Assembly (NCBI RefSeq): GCF_009914755.1
Contig: NC_060933.1
Source of the DNA: the human T2T-CHM13v2.0 reference genome, Homo sapiens
Length of the DNA stretch: 64,000 nt
Reading direction: 5' to 3' (one strand)
Shown here: positions 42,881-56,479 of the stretch, piece by piece
Layout of the letters: every line of letters begins with the position of its first letter
Position numbering within the stretch: position 1 is the stretch's first letter
Translations under genes and position numbers: made by a program
The notes under the pieces: model-generated
Told to the model about the DNA's origin: nothing
What the model saw: only the letters and a program-made list of their open reading frames with translations
The model's database searches: none

Positions 42881-44719
42881 GTATCCTGGTCCTGAATAGA
42901 GAGTGAAGACCAAAACAGTAAGGAAAGAGCCACAGCTAAAACCCAGTTCCCTAGACTGCTCCCTGGCTAGGTGCTCATATTCCAGAGTACCTTGTGGCTG
43001 AACTCTGAGCTGGGGTAGAGCCCAGCAGCCTTCTTTTTACAGAGACTAAGCACTCCACATTCTCTACCAGTGTAGTCATATATTTTATCAACTAATCAAG
43101 CTTGAATTTTCTATCTCTAGGTTTTGAATGGAACTGACCTGCTCTCTCTATAATATGCCAGGAAAGTAGGCCTGGTTAAGGCATTAAGAGGAATTAATCT
43201 AAATAGGATCATTTGTTCTGTACAAGTTTGCCTGTCAGCAAGATTTCTGATTGGCTGCCACAGGGAGAAAATGTGCAGAGGTCTATGCGATCTCAAATAC
43301 AGCTGTTTTTTATAGTCTCACTTAACATATGTGCCTATAACCAAGTACAGCTGTATATGGCCTTAGTAAAATAGTGCTGGCCACAAATGCACTCTGGCTA
43401 TTGAGAAAGGCACCTTTGTTTCACTGCATTCTGCATAAAGTGGTTATTAGCTCTATGACCAGACAGACCGTTAAACCATTTTCACTTACTGTGTGGCACC
43501 TCAATTGTGATTTTAATTTTTTTGCGTTACACTCGCTGCATGTTTAGTGTATACGTGTAGCATAAAATCAGCTGAAGTCCTTCTAGTATTAAAAAAAAAT
43601 TGCTTAGCTGTGACAATTCTAATGTAACACTAATTGCAAGCCCTTTCTCTGGAGGTTAAGGGATTAGTAAACACGGCCTGGCATATTTCATAACATTTTA
43701 ATTCCTTTTTGTGTGTTTGAAATGAGAACAATGTGATTCTTGTCAGTTAGCTTTTATTAAAGGACTTTTTTTTTTTTTTTTAGTTCAACTAGAGAGAAAT
43801 TGAGAAGAAGCATCCACTGAAGTATCACATGGCTTCTTAGAATTTATTACACATTGTTATTGGGTCACAGTATGTGAAAACATGGAGACCGAGAATACAG
43901 AACTGTGTAGAAGTGAATGAGTCTGCCACCTCTCCTTGTACCTATCCACTGTGAAACAAGGCCGTTCATGCACACGTTACTGTAAATGCCCTGGAGGCCT
44001 TATGAATAATCATTGGAGCAGTATCTGCTGCAAGATAACATTGTGCTTTATTTTTGCCTTTAAGTAAAAGGAATCTGAAATGAAACAATCTTCATTTCAG
44101 ATATAAATCAGCCCCATAAACTTGAAGCTAACCAGAGATCCTGAGGCATTCTCATTACATGAAGTAATTGGTTGGTTGCAAGACTCAATTGTACTGCAAA
44201 GTCTTCCTGAGAATTCAGATGAGCAGTTATCTGAAGAGTTACACATCCTCTCACCCGACATGTTGTAGGAACACATAGCATTGGCCAGTGGGGCGAATGA
44301 TTTCTAGTCTCTGATGAGGCCGGAACTCTCCAGCAAGTGGGCCTATGACTGAGAAACCCCGGGCAACTTTGAGTTCCCTTTGAGGAAATGAAACTTCATC
44401 AAAAGCAGCCGATATTAATGATATATTGAGCATCTATTGTGTACATCCAGTCTTCTAGTCTCCTTGGTGACATTCATCTTATTTAACCTTCCCAGTAAAT
44501 CAGCAAAATAAGTACCATTACCCTCTTTTATGGAATAAAACTAAAACTCACAGAGGTTGAGTAACTTTTGAATCACTCAACCTTCTCAACGCATGAAGAA
44601 AAAATCCGACCCAAACAAGAGACATTGGAGAGGTGAGTCTGAAGCTCAAAAGAAAGGTTAACATTAGAGATATGAGAGATATGAATGTGAAGGCATTATC
44701 TTTATTGGTGGATGTAAAA

Positions 44720-44960
44720 GTGTACAGGAAAATTATCTCCTGGCAAAGGCAAAACTATAGGCACAGAAAACAGATCAAGTGGTTGCCAAGGACGAGATAG
44801 GGGAAGGGATGACAACAAAGAATGTAAGGGAACATTTTGGGGGTGATGGAGATGTTCTTTATCTTGATTATGATGATGGTAACAAGACTGTATATATTTG
44901 TCAAAATTCATAGAAAACACTCAAATGAGTGAACTGTATGTAAATTACACTTCAATGAAC
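44720..44960 (+). mobile_element. L1M 3' end fragment
   Basis: aggcaaaactatag..cagatcaagtggttgcca..ttttgggggtgatgga..aaattacacttcaat. Confidence 0.7.
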
Positions 44961-45829
44961 ATGACTTTTTTTTTTCCCCATTTTCCAGGCTTATTCTTCT
45001 TTTTTCGACTTTTTTAAGTAAGTAAAAATCTAGGGGAATGGAGGGCAGGCTACTTAGAAAACATATCACATGAAAAAAGAAATGAGCAGAGATCAGAATC
45101 CTGGAGAACGGCAAAACATAGTTGGGTAGGAAAAGAGGATCCTGTGCGTGAGGGCTGAGAAACTCAGTGAGGTGGGAAACCCAGGATGCTATGGTTTCCT
45201 GGACAGCAAGGGAAGAGCATGTTTCAAGAAGAAGCAGTGGTCAAAGCAAAAAGAAAACGTTACCAACTCCAAGGAAGATTATGTAATTGGGAGAAAGGAG
45301 TGCAGAACCCCACACGCAGTCCAGCAACACAATGCTGGGAGGTGGGGAGGGAAGCCTCGTCCTGGGTCACTTGCTGCCACCAAGTGTGGAGGGGAATCCC
45401 AGACTTCCTGTTTGGTCTTTACTGACACTGTGGAAGCAGGGGCCATGCCTTGCGTTTGATAGGGGTAGGAGGAGTATTGTCAACGTTTTTGTTTTGCGAG
45501 ATTGCGCCTTTCCCTGTTCTTTGACTAGACAGAATAGACTTTTCCTAGGGCTTTTTTTCTTTTTAAGTTGTGTTTGCTTGTTGGTAGTTGCCATTTACAG
45601 GATTTTCCGGTTCCAAGTCCAGGAAATATGGGAGATAAAAGGAAAACGCAGAGAACTGAACCCTGTTCACACAGATTCCTTAAATCCTGAAGTCCTTGTT
45701 AGTCTGCTTTCCTCCTTCAACACTTTGTAGTTCTCTTAAGTTTATTTGTTGTACTATGTCTAGGATTTTAAATTATACTTAGCCAGGGAGAAACAAGCCC
45801 AGAACAAGAAGTCCTCATTTTTTCTTTTT

Positions 45830-46133
<304 letters not shown>

Positions 46134-46533
46134 ACTTTTTCTTTTTGATAGGAGAAAATATTTATTTCTGAGGGAAAGGATCTAGTTGAAGGGCAGAGAT
46201 GGAGAATCTAAACAATAATTTCTGGAGAAATCCCAAAGGGAGGGAAAGGGATTAGGAGCAGAGATGGAGTTGCAGGTTTTACACAGGAAAGGGGAGATTT
46301 TATCCGAGAAGACCAATTTCCTGATTATAAGAACAGAGAAGGCAGATTATAGAATTGTTCCAGAAGGGGGTATCCAGGTGGGTTTGATGTAAAGAAAAGA
46401 GTGTGAGAGAATTGAAGATGCTGGAAAGAGAACAGTTTCTTTCAACTCATTTTTGGGTTGAATAAGAAAGGTAGTTGATGTCAAGAGGGGACTCACTGGG
46501 AGGAAAGAGAAGAATCTCTAGGGAGTGGAAGGC

Positions 46534-47000
46534 CGTGGGAGACTGGATCATGGCTCCTAAAGATGTCCACAGCCTCATCCCAGAACTTGTGAATGTTACC
46601 TTACATGGCAAAGAGAGACTTTGTAGATGTTACTAAGTTAAAGGCTTGAGACAAGGAGATTATCCTGGATTATCTGGGTGGGCTCAGTGTGAAGCACATT
46701 CTTCCTAAGAGGGAATCAGGCGGGTCAGTGACAAAGAAGGCCATGGGATGGAAGGGATCTGCCTTGAAGATAGAGGAAAGGGCCAGAAACAAGGAATGTG
46801 GGTGGCTTCTAGAAGCTGGAAAGGCAAGGGGACAGTTTGTCCCCAGAAGCCTCTGTACGGAACCAGCCCTGCTGACTTGTTGACAGGAGCTCAGTGAAAC
46901 TGATTTCAGACGTCTGGCCTCCAGAACTGTAAGAGAATACATGTGTGTTGTTTTGAGCCACTAAATTTATTCATTACAGCACCAATAGAAAACGAAGACA
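46534..47000 (+). mobile_element. MLT1 (MLT1D-like) MaLR solo LTR
   Basis: aaagatgtccac..tgtgaatgttaccttacatggcaaa..ctggcctccagaactgtaagagaata. Confidence 0.8.
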
Positions 47001-47322
47001 GCTGTTCAGCAGATACAGCAAGAGGGAGGCTGAGAGGTCTTTCATCAGGAGGCACGGTGTGAGGTAGGGGCATTGGTTTCAGATTTCTACATTTGAGATT
47101 CCAGTGGTGATAGGTCTCAGGGTGTGGTCATAGGACTGCAGTGGAGCTGAAAGTCATTTCACAGTTAACTTTCAACTGTTTAGGTTTTTTTTTTTTAATT
47201 GATAATCCATATACCATAAAATTGATCCTTTTAAAATGTAAAATCCAGTGGTTTTTAGTATGTTTACAAGGTCGTACAGCCACCGTTGCTAATTCCACAA
47301 TTAGCTACTTAGTTTTCATTGA

Positions 47323-47631
<309 letters not shown>

Positions 47632-48669
47632 TATTACAGCATTTAAAAAAAAATCATGCAAAGTTAAAAAAAATATTAAATGTGTTCCTATCACAGCTCC
47701 TGGAGACTAAGAGGCATTAGGTGAATATTTTCATAAGAATATATATTCTTACATATGAAGATTTATTTTGAATATATTATTTAGTATACTCACCCATTTG
47801 CAAAGGCTATATAGTTAGCCAACTGTGGACTTGCCTTCTGTTGATTGGGCCAGGTGTGTGATTTTGCTAGTGGGGGTGGTGAGTCTTTTCAATGGAAGAC
47901 AGGCTACAAAGAGGGAAGGCACACACGGCCACAGAGCTGCCCTGGAAGGCTGAGCCTGGGAGACTGGGGGAGTCTGATCCTCAGCTCCAGCAGCCCCAGG
48001 AACACTGGACACAGACTTCTTGCAGCAGCTCTTTGGAGAAAGGCAAATCCCTTGGCCCCACACTCAGAAATGGGCCTTTCATACTCTACCTGTAGGAGTC
48101 CAAGGGTTTCAGTAAGATTAACACCTCTCAGTTCACTACACCTGTGTTCCTTCCAGGGTGCAAGGGTCTCCAGTGGGTGGTGTCAGATGGATCCAATCAT
48201 TCATCATATTTCAGATAGAACCCCTTTTTCTTCCCCTCCTAGGTAGGTCTTCCTTTGCTCCCAGGAAAATTTTCATAACTCGTAACTCATTTAGAAGCAA
48301 AATGACCTGATCTGAACTGATATGAAACTGTTTACATTCTTTATTCATTCATTTAGTGTGAATATTCACACACATCACCTCAAAATATTCACGTGGGGTG
48401 TTAGGTAATATATGATATTTGGTAGGCCTTTCTAGAATCCGAACAGTTCTGAATTCACACAAAACAAACCTAGCTCCAAGTGTTTTGGATAAAGGATTAT
48501 GGACCTGCATTCTTATTTTATGTGCTCTATTCATGCTATGCTCCACAGGCCTGATTTTTCTCCATATTTTCTGCAACACCCTGCACATATCAGATGCTCC
48601 CTAAGCTTGGTTGAATACCAGACACTTGCCTGATTGAATGCCACTTGGCCAGACTTATGCCCTCACTGG

Positions 48670-49605
48670 TGTGATGGTTGATTTTAGGTGTCAACTTGAC
48701 CGGATTAAGGGCTAACCAGATAGCTGGTGAAGCAGTATTTCTTGCTGTGTCTGTCAGAGTGTTCCAGAAAAGACTGGCATTTGAATCAGTGAGCTAAGAG
48801 GAATCCCTCTGATATGGTTTGGCTGTGTCCCCACCCAAATCTCATCTTGAGTTGTAGCTCCTATAATTTCCACATGTCGTGGGAGGGACCTGGTGAGAGG
48901 TAATTGAATCATGGGTATGGGTCTTTCCCATACTTTTCTCCTGACAGTGAATAAGACTCACGAGATCTGATGGTTTTATAAAGGGCAGTTCCCCTGCACA
49001 CACTCTCTTGTCTGCCACCATGTAAGACATACCTTTGCTCCTTCTTTGCCTTCCACCATGATTGTGAGGCCTCAGCCATGTAGAACTGTGAGTCCATTAA
49101 ACCTCTTTCATTTATAAATTACTGAGTCTTGGGTATGTATTTATTAGCAGCATGGGAACAAACTAATACACCCCCTCACTCAATGTGAATGGGCATCATC
49201 CAATTGGCTAAGGGCTCAGATAGAATGAAAAGGCAGAGGAAAGATGAATTGGCTCTCTCTGTCTTCTGGAGTTGGGACACCCAGCTTCTCCTGCTCTTGG
49301 ACATCAGAACTGCAGGTTCTCTGGCCTTCAGACACCAGGACATGTACCAGTGGCTCCTCAGTTCTCAGTCCTCAAACTCAAACTTGGACTGAGCCACGCT
49401 TCTGGTTTGGTTTCCCTGGTTCTCTGGCTTGCAAGCATCATATCATGGGACTTAGCCTCCCTACTCACACGACCAATTCGCCTAATAAATCCCCTCTCAT
49501 ATATCTATATATCTCTCTATCTCTAATCATCTTTATATCATCTATATTTATCTATATCTATATACCTTATCAGTTCTGTTTTTATGTACAGCTGTGACTA
49601 ATACA
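48670..49605 (+). mobile_element. MLT2 (ERVL) solo LTR interrupted by THE1
   Basis: TGTGATGGTTGATTTTAGGTGTCAACTTGAC ... GACTAATACA, with ctgg on both flanks. Confidence 0.85.
48810..49170 (+). mobile_element. THE1 (THE1B-like) MaLR solo LTR nested in MLT2
   Basis: TGATATGGTTTGGCTGTGTCCCCACCCAAATCTCATC ... ACTAATACA. Flanks ccctc/ccccc. Confidence 0.9.
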
Positions 49606-49624
49606 CTGGGCTAGGGGCTGACAG

Positions 49625-50406
49625 TGAGAGACAGGACTAGCTGAATTTCCTAGGCCAACTAAGAATCCCTAAGCCTAGCTGGGAAGGTGACCGCATCCAC
49701 CTTTAAATACGGGGCTTGCTACTTAGCTCACACCCGACCAATCAGGTAGTGAAGAGAGCTCACTAAAATGCTGATTAGGCAAAAACAGGAGGTAAAGAAA
49801 TAGCCAATCATCTATTGCCTGAGAGCACAGCAGGAGGGACAATGATCGGGATATAAACCCAGGCATTCCAGCTGGCAACGGCTACCTTCTTTGGGTCCCC
49901 TCCCTTTGTATGAGAGCTCTGTTTTCACTCTGTTAAATCTTGCCACTGCACTCTTTTATGTTCCATGTTTGTTACAGCTCGAGCTGAGCTTTTGCTTGCC
50001 GTCTACCATTGCTGTTTGCTGCCGTCGCAGACCCACCACTGACTTCCATCCCTCTGGATCCGGCAGGGCGTCCGCTGTGCTCCTGATCCAGCGAGGTGCC
50101 CATTGCTGCTCCTGATCGGGATAAAGGCTTGCCATTGTTCCTGCAAGGCTAAGTGCCTGGGTTCGTCCTAATCGAGCTGAACACTAGTCACTGGGTTCCA
50201 TGGTTCTCTTCCGTGACTCATGGCTTCTAATAGAGCTATAACACTCACCGCATGGCCCAAGATTCCATTCCTTGGAATCCGTGAGGCCAAGAACCCCAGG
50301 TCAGAGAACACGAGGCTTGCCACCATCTTGGAAGTGGACCACCACCATTTTGGAAGCAGCCTGCCACCATGTTGGGAGCCCTGGGAGCAAGGACCCCCTG
50401 GTAACA
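49625..50406 (+). mobile_element. HERV-W LTR17 solo LTR (782 bp)
   Basis: TGAGAGACAGGACTAGCTG..AAGAATCCCTAAGCCTAGCTGGGAAGGTGACC ... GGTAACA. CCAAT at 49738 and 49804, TATAAA at 49852-49857. No primer-binding site or internal sequence follows. Confidence 0.92.
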
Positions 50407-51589
50407 TTAGCATTTGCCTTAACTTTGGGCGCTAGATTAACATCTCTGGGCTAGAGAGTGGCAGTACGGCTGACAGGCACAGGCACTCTGCCAGGTGAGG
50501 TTAGCTGTGAACACAGCAAGGCCCTGAGGAGGGGCATGGCAGTCTCCTGCCATCCTGATGGCTGCCCATAGAAGAGACTAGGTGTGCCAGAGGCTGACAA
50601 GTCTGTCTGCCAAGGCAGACTCACACTAGACAGACTCTTTCTTGACTCTAGAGAGCAAACAGGTTGTTTCCTGAGGTTATAAAAATATAGGGGTATGGGC
50701 CACCTAGGTAGGGAGAAGCATTTCTTGTTTGCCCTGAAACAAAGAGATTTAGACTCTAGGGGAGGGATTGTCTGAGACCTGAAAGGCTGGAAATTGAAAT
50801 GTCTGCTCAGCCCATAGAATGCCCTGCATCAAGGCTGTGAGGCCACCCGCTATGGACTTTCAATGTGTGACTTTACCGTGATATGATTATGCAGCTATTC
50901 ATTTCATATTTTTCCCCCAAAATCAAAGCCATAATGAGAAAAAAGTTCTCGTAATCATTTCTGTGTATTTTGGTAACAAAGGAAATGGCTGTTGATGATG
51001 ATAATAAAAAAACTGCTCTTCAAAAACTGGCACCCTTTGTTGCCATTTATAAACGAAGCCTGGTATTGTGGGCTCATTAGCAGCTGAACTTTATTTTGTC
51101 AAAGGAAATGGAGTCAAGAGAGATTATGTTTCATCTTTAATATGGCTGTTCAACAACAATGCCATTATCCTGAGTTTCAGATGAATTTAATTGGACCTTA
51201 ATGAGCAAAATTAGTTGTTTTATGCAATTAGAATTCCATTTAAATGGGTTAGAAAATGAATAGGATTGTGAATGTGGTTGACTTGATTTTCCTCAAGACT
51301 GACTCTCTAGGCTCTTTTTGCCCCTAGGTTTTCTTTCCCCACTGAATAATATTTTCCTAATTTAAGAAGATTTCTGACTTCCTCAGTTTTCCTACCAATG
51401 TATAGAAAATGCCTGGGACCTCTAAGAAGGTAGGAGGCAGATGGACCTGGCCATTGGGAACCAGTTACAGAGAACGAAGGTAGAAATGGCCTTCTAGGGC
51501 AGTATGTTCAGCCTCCTGCACACCTGATCTCCCTTTCCTTCCTGAAATGAGAAGGTAGATGTTGAATCGCATCTAACAAGAGATGAGGA

Positions 51590-51830
51590 GAGATGAGCTT
51601 CAGAGTCAGGCAGATATGGGTACAAATCTTCCCTTTACTACTTAATAAGTTGGCAACTTGGAGTGTATATCTTGACTTTTGAACCTCAGTGTCTCTATTG
51701 GTACTTTGAGAATAATACTTATTTCTGAAGAGTGGTGAACATTCAGTGAGGGAATGTATATAAAGTATTTAGTATAGTGCCCAGCTCAAAAAGTGGATGT
51801 TGCTACTGTCATTATTGCTGTTCATCATCA
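51590..51830 (+). mobile_element. MIR relic
   Basis: cagagtcaggcagatatgggtacaaatc..aacctcagtgtctc motifs. Confidence 0.6.
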
Positions 51831-53519
51831 TCACCATCATCAATCTTGCAACTTCTTGGGACCTTGCCATGCTGAAGACCAGATAGCTCATTAAGTTAGG
51901 CTGGAATTTCTGGTCAAAAATAAGCTTTCCCAAGTATTGCCCCGAACATACTAGTGAAGGAAAGGGATGAGAGGAGAAAGCCAGTTTGTTTAGGGCACTG
52001 GGAAGGTTGGCCCTCTTCTTGGGGAGAGTAGCAGGAGCTGGTAAATATTGATATGGGGGAAGGGTATGATTGTGTGAAATTCCTGCAATGGACACATGAG
52101 ATCTCATCAGTTCCCTTGTCTGTGATGTGAGGGAAAGCCAATTCCTGTGGAAGTTTCCAGTTCTGATGGTCTTATGATTCTGACCATGGCCAACTCCCCT
52201 GCCTAATGGACCACATTCCAATGAGCCAGCCCTTGCCAAATACTCTTTCTGACTTGCACTGGAATTGCTGAAGCTCCCTGCTGAGTGTTCCCTACCAGCA
52301 TCAAGTTGACTCACTGATCTGGAATGTGGCTTCCTGAGACACAGCAGAGGTGAGAATGAGGATCAGTGTGATTTGGCTCAGCTTTAATAACACAGCCTTC
52401 CCCATGCAGCACAGCATCAACTGAGGTGAGACAAAGGAAAATCAAAGAATTATTCATGTTCACCCACAGCACATCAATCTGAAGGTTTAAATGGGTTCTC
52501 AGGGAAAACACAAACCATTATTTTTGTTTTAACTACAAGACGCTATTGCAGTATGTCCAGTCTCCTATCAAATGCTTCCAGATTGTTTCTGAGAGTTCCC
52601 ATGGGGCATCTCAGATGTGCTCATAAAACCCTCAGTTTCCACATGTGACTGCCATTTTGCTCTGTTTCTTCCCCAATGTTACTTCACAAATGTCAGCTTT
52701 CTCAGCTGTTGATGTCCTCCAGGTGGAGGGAGAGGGCCTTTCTTTTCAGCCCTGTTGATGATGCTGAAGCTACCCCATGTTACACCCAGAAACCAATGTA
52801 ACAAGGCCACTGTTTAATGCGTATGTTGCAGTGATGTGCTGCTGCACCGCCTGCTGGTTGAAGTGGAAAATTGCAGGTCTAGAACTTCTGCCACTGTTTC
52901 TGTTGAGTTGGTGTTAACTGAGGCTGATTCCCAAGGGCATTATCTGCAAGAAGCCCTGCACTTCTCTGAAGCAGGAGTGATTGTCATCCCACCTTTGTGC
53001 CTCTCTCCATGGTCATGCTTATCCCAAAACAGTGCAATTTCATGCTTTTAACCTTTCAAGGAGATTTTTTGTGCATGCTGGCTTTTAGGGTTTGCCTTGG
53101 TGCAGTTCTTAGTTTCATAAGGGATTAGGGCACCAGAGGACTGAATGTTGGAGGCTCTTAAGAATACGAAGAACAAAAATTACTCATATTCAGTACTGGT
53201 GGTCTTATTGTAAGAATAAGAGGATAAAAAACTCGGCTGCATACCTGGACCTTAGGGGCTCTAGGAAGAATCTGGGCCTCATGAACATGACATTGCTGGC
53301 AACAGGCAGGTCTTCATGTGACTTGCTTCTCCTACTGGGCCCTCACCCTCAGTTCACTGGCCTTTAACTTTTCTATCATCTGCAGTCACCTCCCTCACCT
53401 TCCTTTTGAACACTCTGCTGCCACATGGCCTCCCTGTCAGCTTTCACATTGGTTTTTTTTTTTTTTTTTTTAGCTTCTGCTCCCAGTGCCACTCAACTGA
53501 CTCTCTCTTTAAACATTCA

Positions 53520-53870
53520 AACCAAAAATTATCAGTATGAGGAGGGCACAGAGTTTTGTCTCTTTTGCTTATTGATCTATCCCTAATACATAAAAGTGTG
53601 TCTCTACCACTCAATAATTAATTGATTAATTGATACACCTTGGGGCAAGTTACTTAGGCTCTCTGCACCTTTAGTTTTCTTTACCTTAAAAAGATATAAT
53701 AATAGTAGTTAACTTACAGAGCTGTTATGAGAAATAAATGAATTAATATTCATAAAGCACATGAATTAGTGTCTGGCACAGAGTACATGCAGTAGAAGCA
53801 TTTATTAAATAAGATTTTTTAAATGTCTAAACATAGTTGGTGCTCAATAAATATTTGTTAAATAAATTAA
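53520..53870 (+). mobile_element. L2 3' end and MIR relics
   Basis: ccttggggcaagttactta..; gtgctcaataaatatttgtt. Confidence 0.6.
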
Positions 53871-53924
53871 TTTATTTAGGAATCAGATTGGCTTGCTTAG
53901 TTGGCCTCCCCTATTTGAGACCTC

Positions 53925-54200
53925 TTTTTTTTTTTTTCCTGCAAGGTTTTACTCTGTTGCCCAGGCTGGAGTGCACTGGTATGATCATGGCTCACTGCAG
54001 ACTCTAGTGATCCACCTGCCTCAGCCACCCAAGTAGCTGGGATTACAGGTGCATGCCACCATGCTTGGCTAATTTTGACTTTTTATTTTTAGTAGAGATG
54101 AGGTCTTGCTATGTTGCCCAGGCTGGTGTTGAACTCTTGAGCTCAGGCTATTCTTACCTCAGCCTCCCAAAGTGCTGAGATTACAGGCATGAGCCACTGC
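53925..54200 (-). mobile_element. Alu (AluJ-like)
   Basis: Antisense dimer, 5' truncated. Confidence 0.88.
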
Positions 54201-54390
54201 TGGTTGTCTAAGAATTCCTGTTCCAGGCTACCTCACATTCTGCTTTAGCCGCTATTGACTACCCTTGGATTACATTCCTACTCCAGGCCATTTTCTGGGC
54301 TAGGGGCTTGGGGTCTTGTGTTAAGAGCAAGATGACTTATGTGGAAGAGACACCTTAAAAGAGGACTCTGGAAGTGGTAGCTACCCTGGG

Positions 54391-54744
54391 CGTGTTAGTC
54401 TTTTTTCACGCTGCTGATAAAGTCATACCCAAGACTGGACAATTTCCAAAAGAAAGAGGTTTAATGGACTTACAGTTCCACATGGCTGGGGAAGCCTCAC
54501 AATCATGGTGGAAGGCAAGGAGGAGCAAGTCACGTCTTACATGGATGGCAGCAGGCAAAGAGAGAGCTTGTGCAGGGAAACTCCCCTGTATTAAACCATC
54601 AGATCTCATGAGACTTATTCACTATCATGAGAACAGCATGAGAAAGACCCACCCCCATGATTCGATTACCTCCCACCAGGTCCCTCCCACAACACATGGG
54701 AATTCAAGATGCGATTTGAGTAGGAACGCAGCTAGACCATATCA
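54391..54744 (-). mobile_element. THE1 MaLR solo LTR
   Basis: Antisense THE1 ending CCATATCA. Perfect 5-bp TSD CTGGG at 54386-54390 and 54745-54749. Confidence 0.92.
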
Positions 54745-55660
54745 CTGGGGCACACCTTAGGGTTCAAGGGTAAGGACATTAGAGAATATGCAAAATCATC
54801 CCTCTTCTCCAACGGCTGAGTTACTGTGTATAAGCTCAGGCACCAGCCCCTGCCTTACAGAAATTCTTTCCTGGAGGTTTTCTGTATCTTTTGCTAAGTT
54901 ACTGTGGTGGTTGTTCCCATTGGTTCTCCGAATAGGCTCAGTCTTCTCATACTCTCATTGGTAAATAAAGCACTGAAACTCTTGTTGTACAGCCCTCTTC
55001 TCTTTCTCTCTGTCATTCTTTGAGCTTCTTCAGCTCAGGGACCTTCAGGTTCTAGAAAATTGGCTTCCTCCACTGTGTACCATGAGGCCTTCATATGTAG
55101 TTACTTGCATTTTGATGCCAAGGTGCTCCATCTCTGACCTAAAGCTATTTGGATTTTATATTTCCCAGCTAGGAGACCACCTGAGAGCCTGGGATAACAT
55201 TTCTGTGGCCACCAGTCAGAGACTGAGCAGAGTGCTTTCTTACTCTTCCCTTCTGGCTCCTTAGAGAACTAAGTTCCATAAGAGGTCCTAAGTTATTAGG
55301 GAGGGAATGTTTCACTTTAGTATTTTCAGGAAGCTGAGTCCCTGAAGTCTTACAAGCTAAAATAGAGGAGCCGAGGGAGCTGGCAAGGGAGTCTCCATTG
55401 TGTGAGTGGGCAGGGCCGGGAAATGAGGGCAGAAGTGAGGTCTGATGAGGTCCTTGGGAAGGAGTGGAAGAGATGAAGCTGTTAGCTTAGACTGTGGCAG
55501 GCTGGGATGGCTGCTGTCTGAAAGGTTAAATGGTTACATTCTGGGAACTGCCATTCACTTACCCATGCCTTGAAGCCTGTGGGACCCTCCAGACCACTTC
55601 CAGGCCTTTTAGGGGGGCAGTTTTCAATCAAGCTACATTCTAATATCACCTAGAAAGCTA

Positions 55661-56015
<355 letters not shown>

Positions 56016-56420
56016 TTATAAATCAGAATCTCTTACAGTTGGAGTCGAGAGATCTTATGATTCTTTAGTCTTCCACAGATGGTCCAAATACTGTCATGAG
56101 CCAATGTGGGCACTCTGTGGCAAATGAATCCAAAACCACTTTGATTGCCATTCTGAGTGGTTTATAAAAACATAAATATCGCCTTTGCAGAAAGCATGGA
56201 CCATAGGAAAGGCACCAACCTTGGCATTCAAGACCTAGGTTTGAGCCTTGTCTCTGCCACTAAGTTGGATAAATGATTCAACCTCTTTGAGCTTCAGGTT
56301 ATCTGTAAGTGGGATAGTAACACCTACCATGTCTACTTCATTGAGTCATTTCAAGGACAAATGAAAATAAACAGGAAAAAGTGCTTTGAGAACTGAAAAT
56401 ATTACTCAAATATGTAACAT

Positions 56421-56479
56421 AAAACTCTAAGGAAAGTAATCCTTTTATTACAAAAACTCTAAGGAAAGTAGTCCTATTA
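56421..56479. repeat. Short tandem duplication, period 32
   Basis: aaaactctaaggaaagta at 56421-56438 and 56453-56470. Confidence 0.9.

Noticed and set aside
51769-52314. 181-aa minus-strand ORF
   Set aside because: No recognisable domain, it ends in a MIR relic, and it has no splice or promoter support.
48810-54744. Two THE1 LTRs as the ends of one provirus
   Set aside because: They are in opposite orientations, have separate flanking duplications and enclose no internal MaLR sequence.
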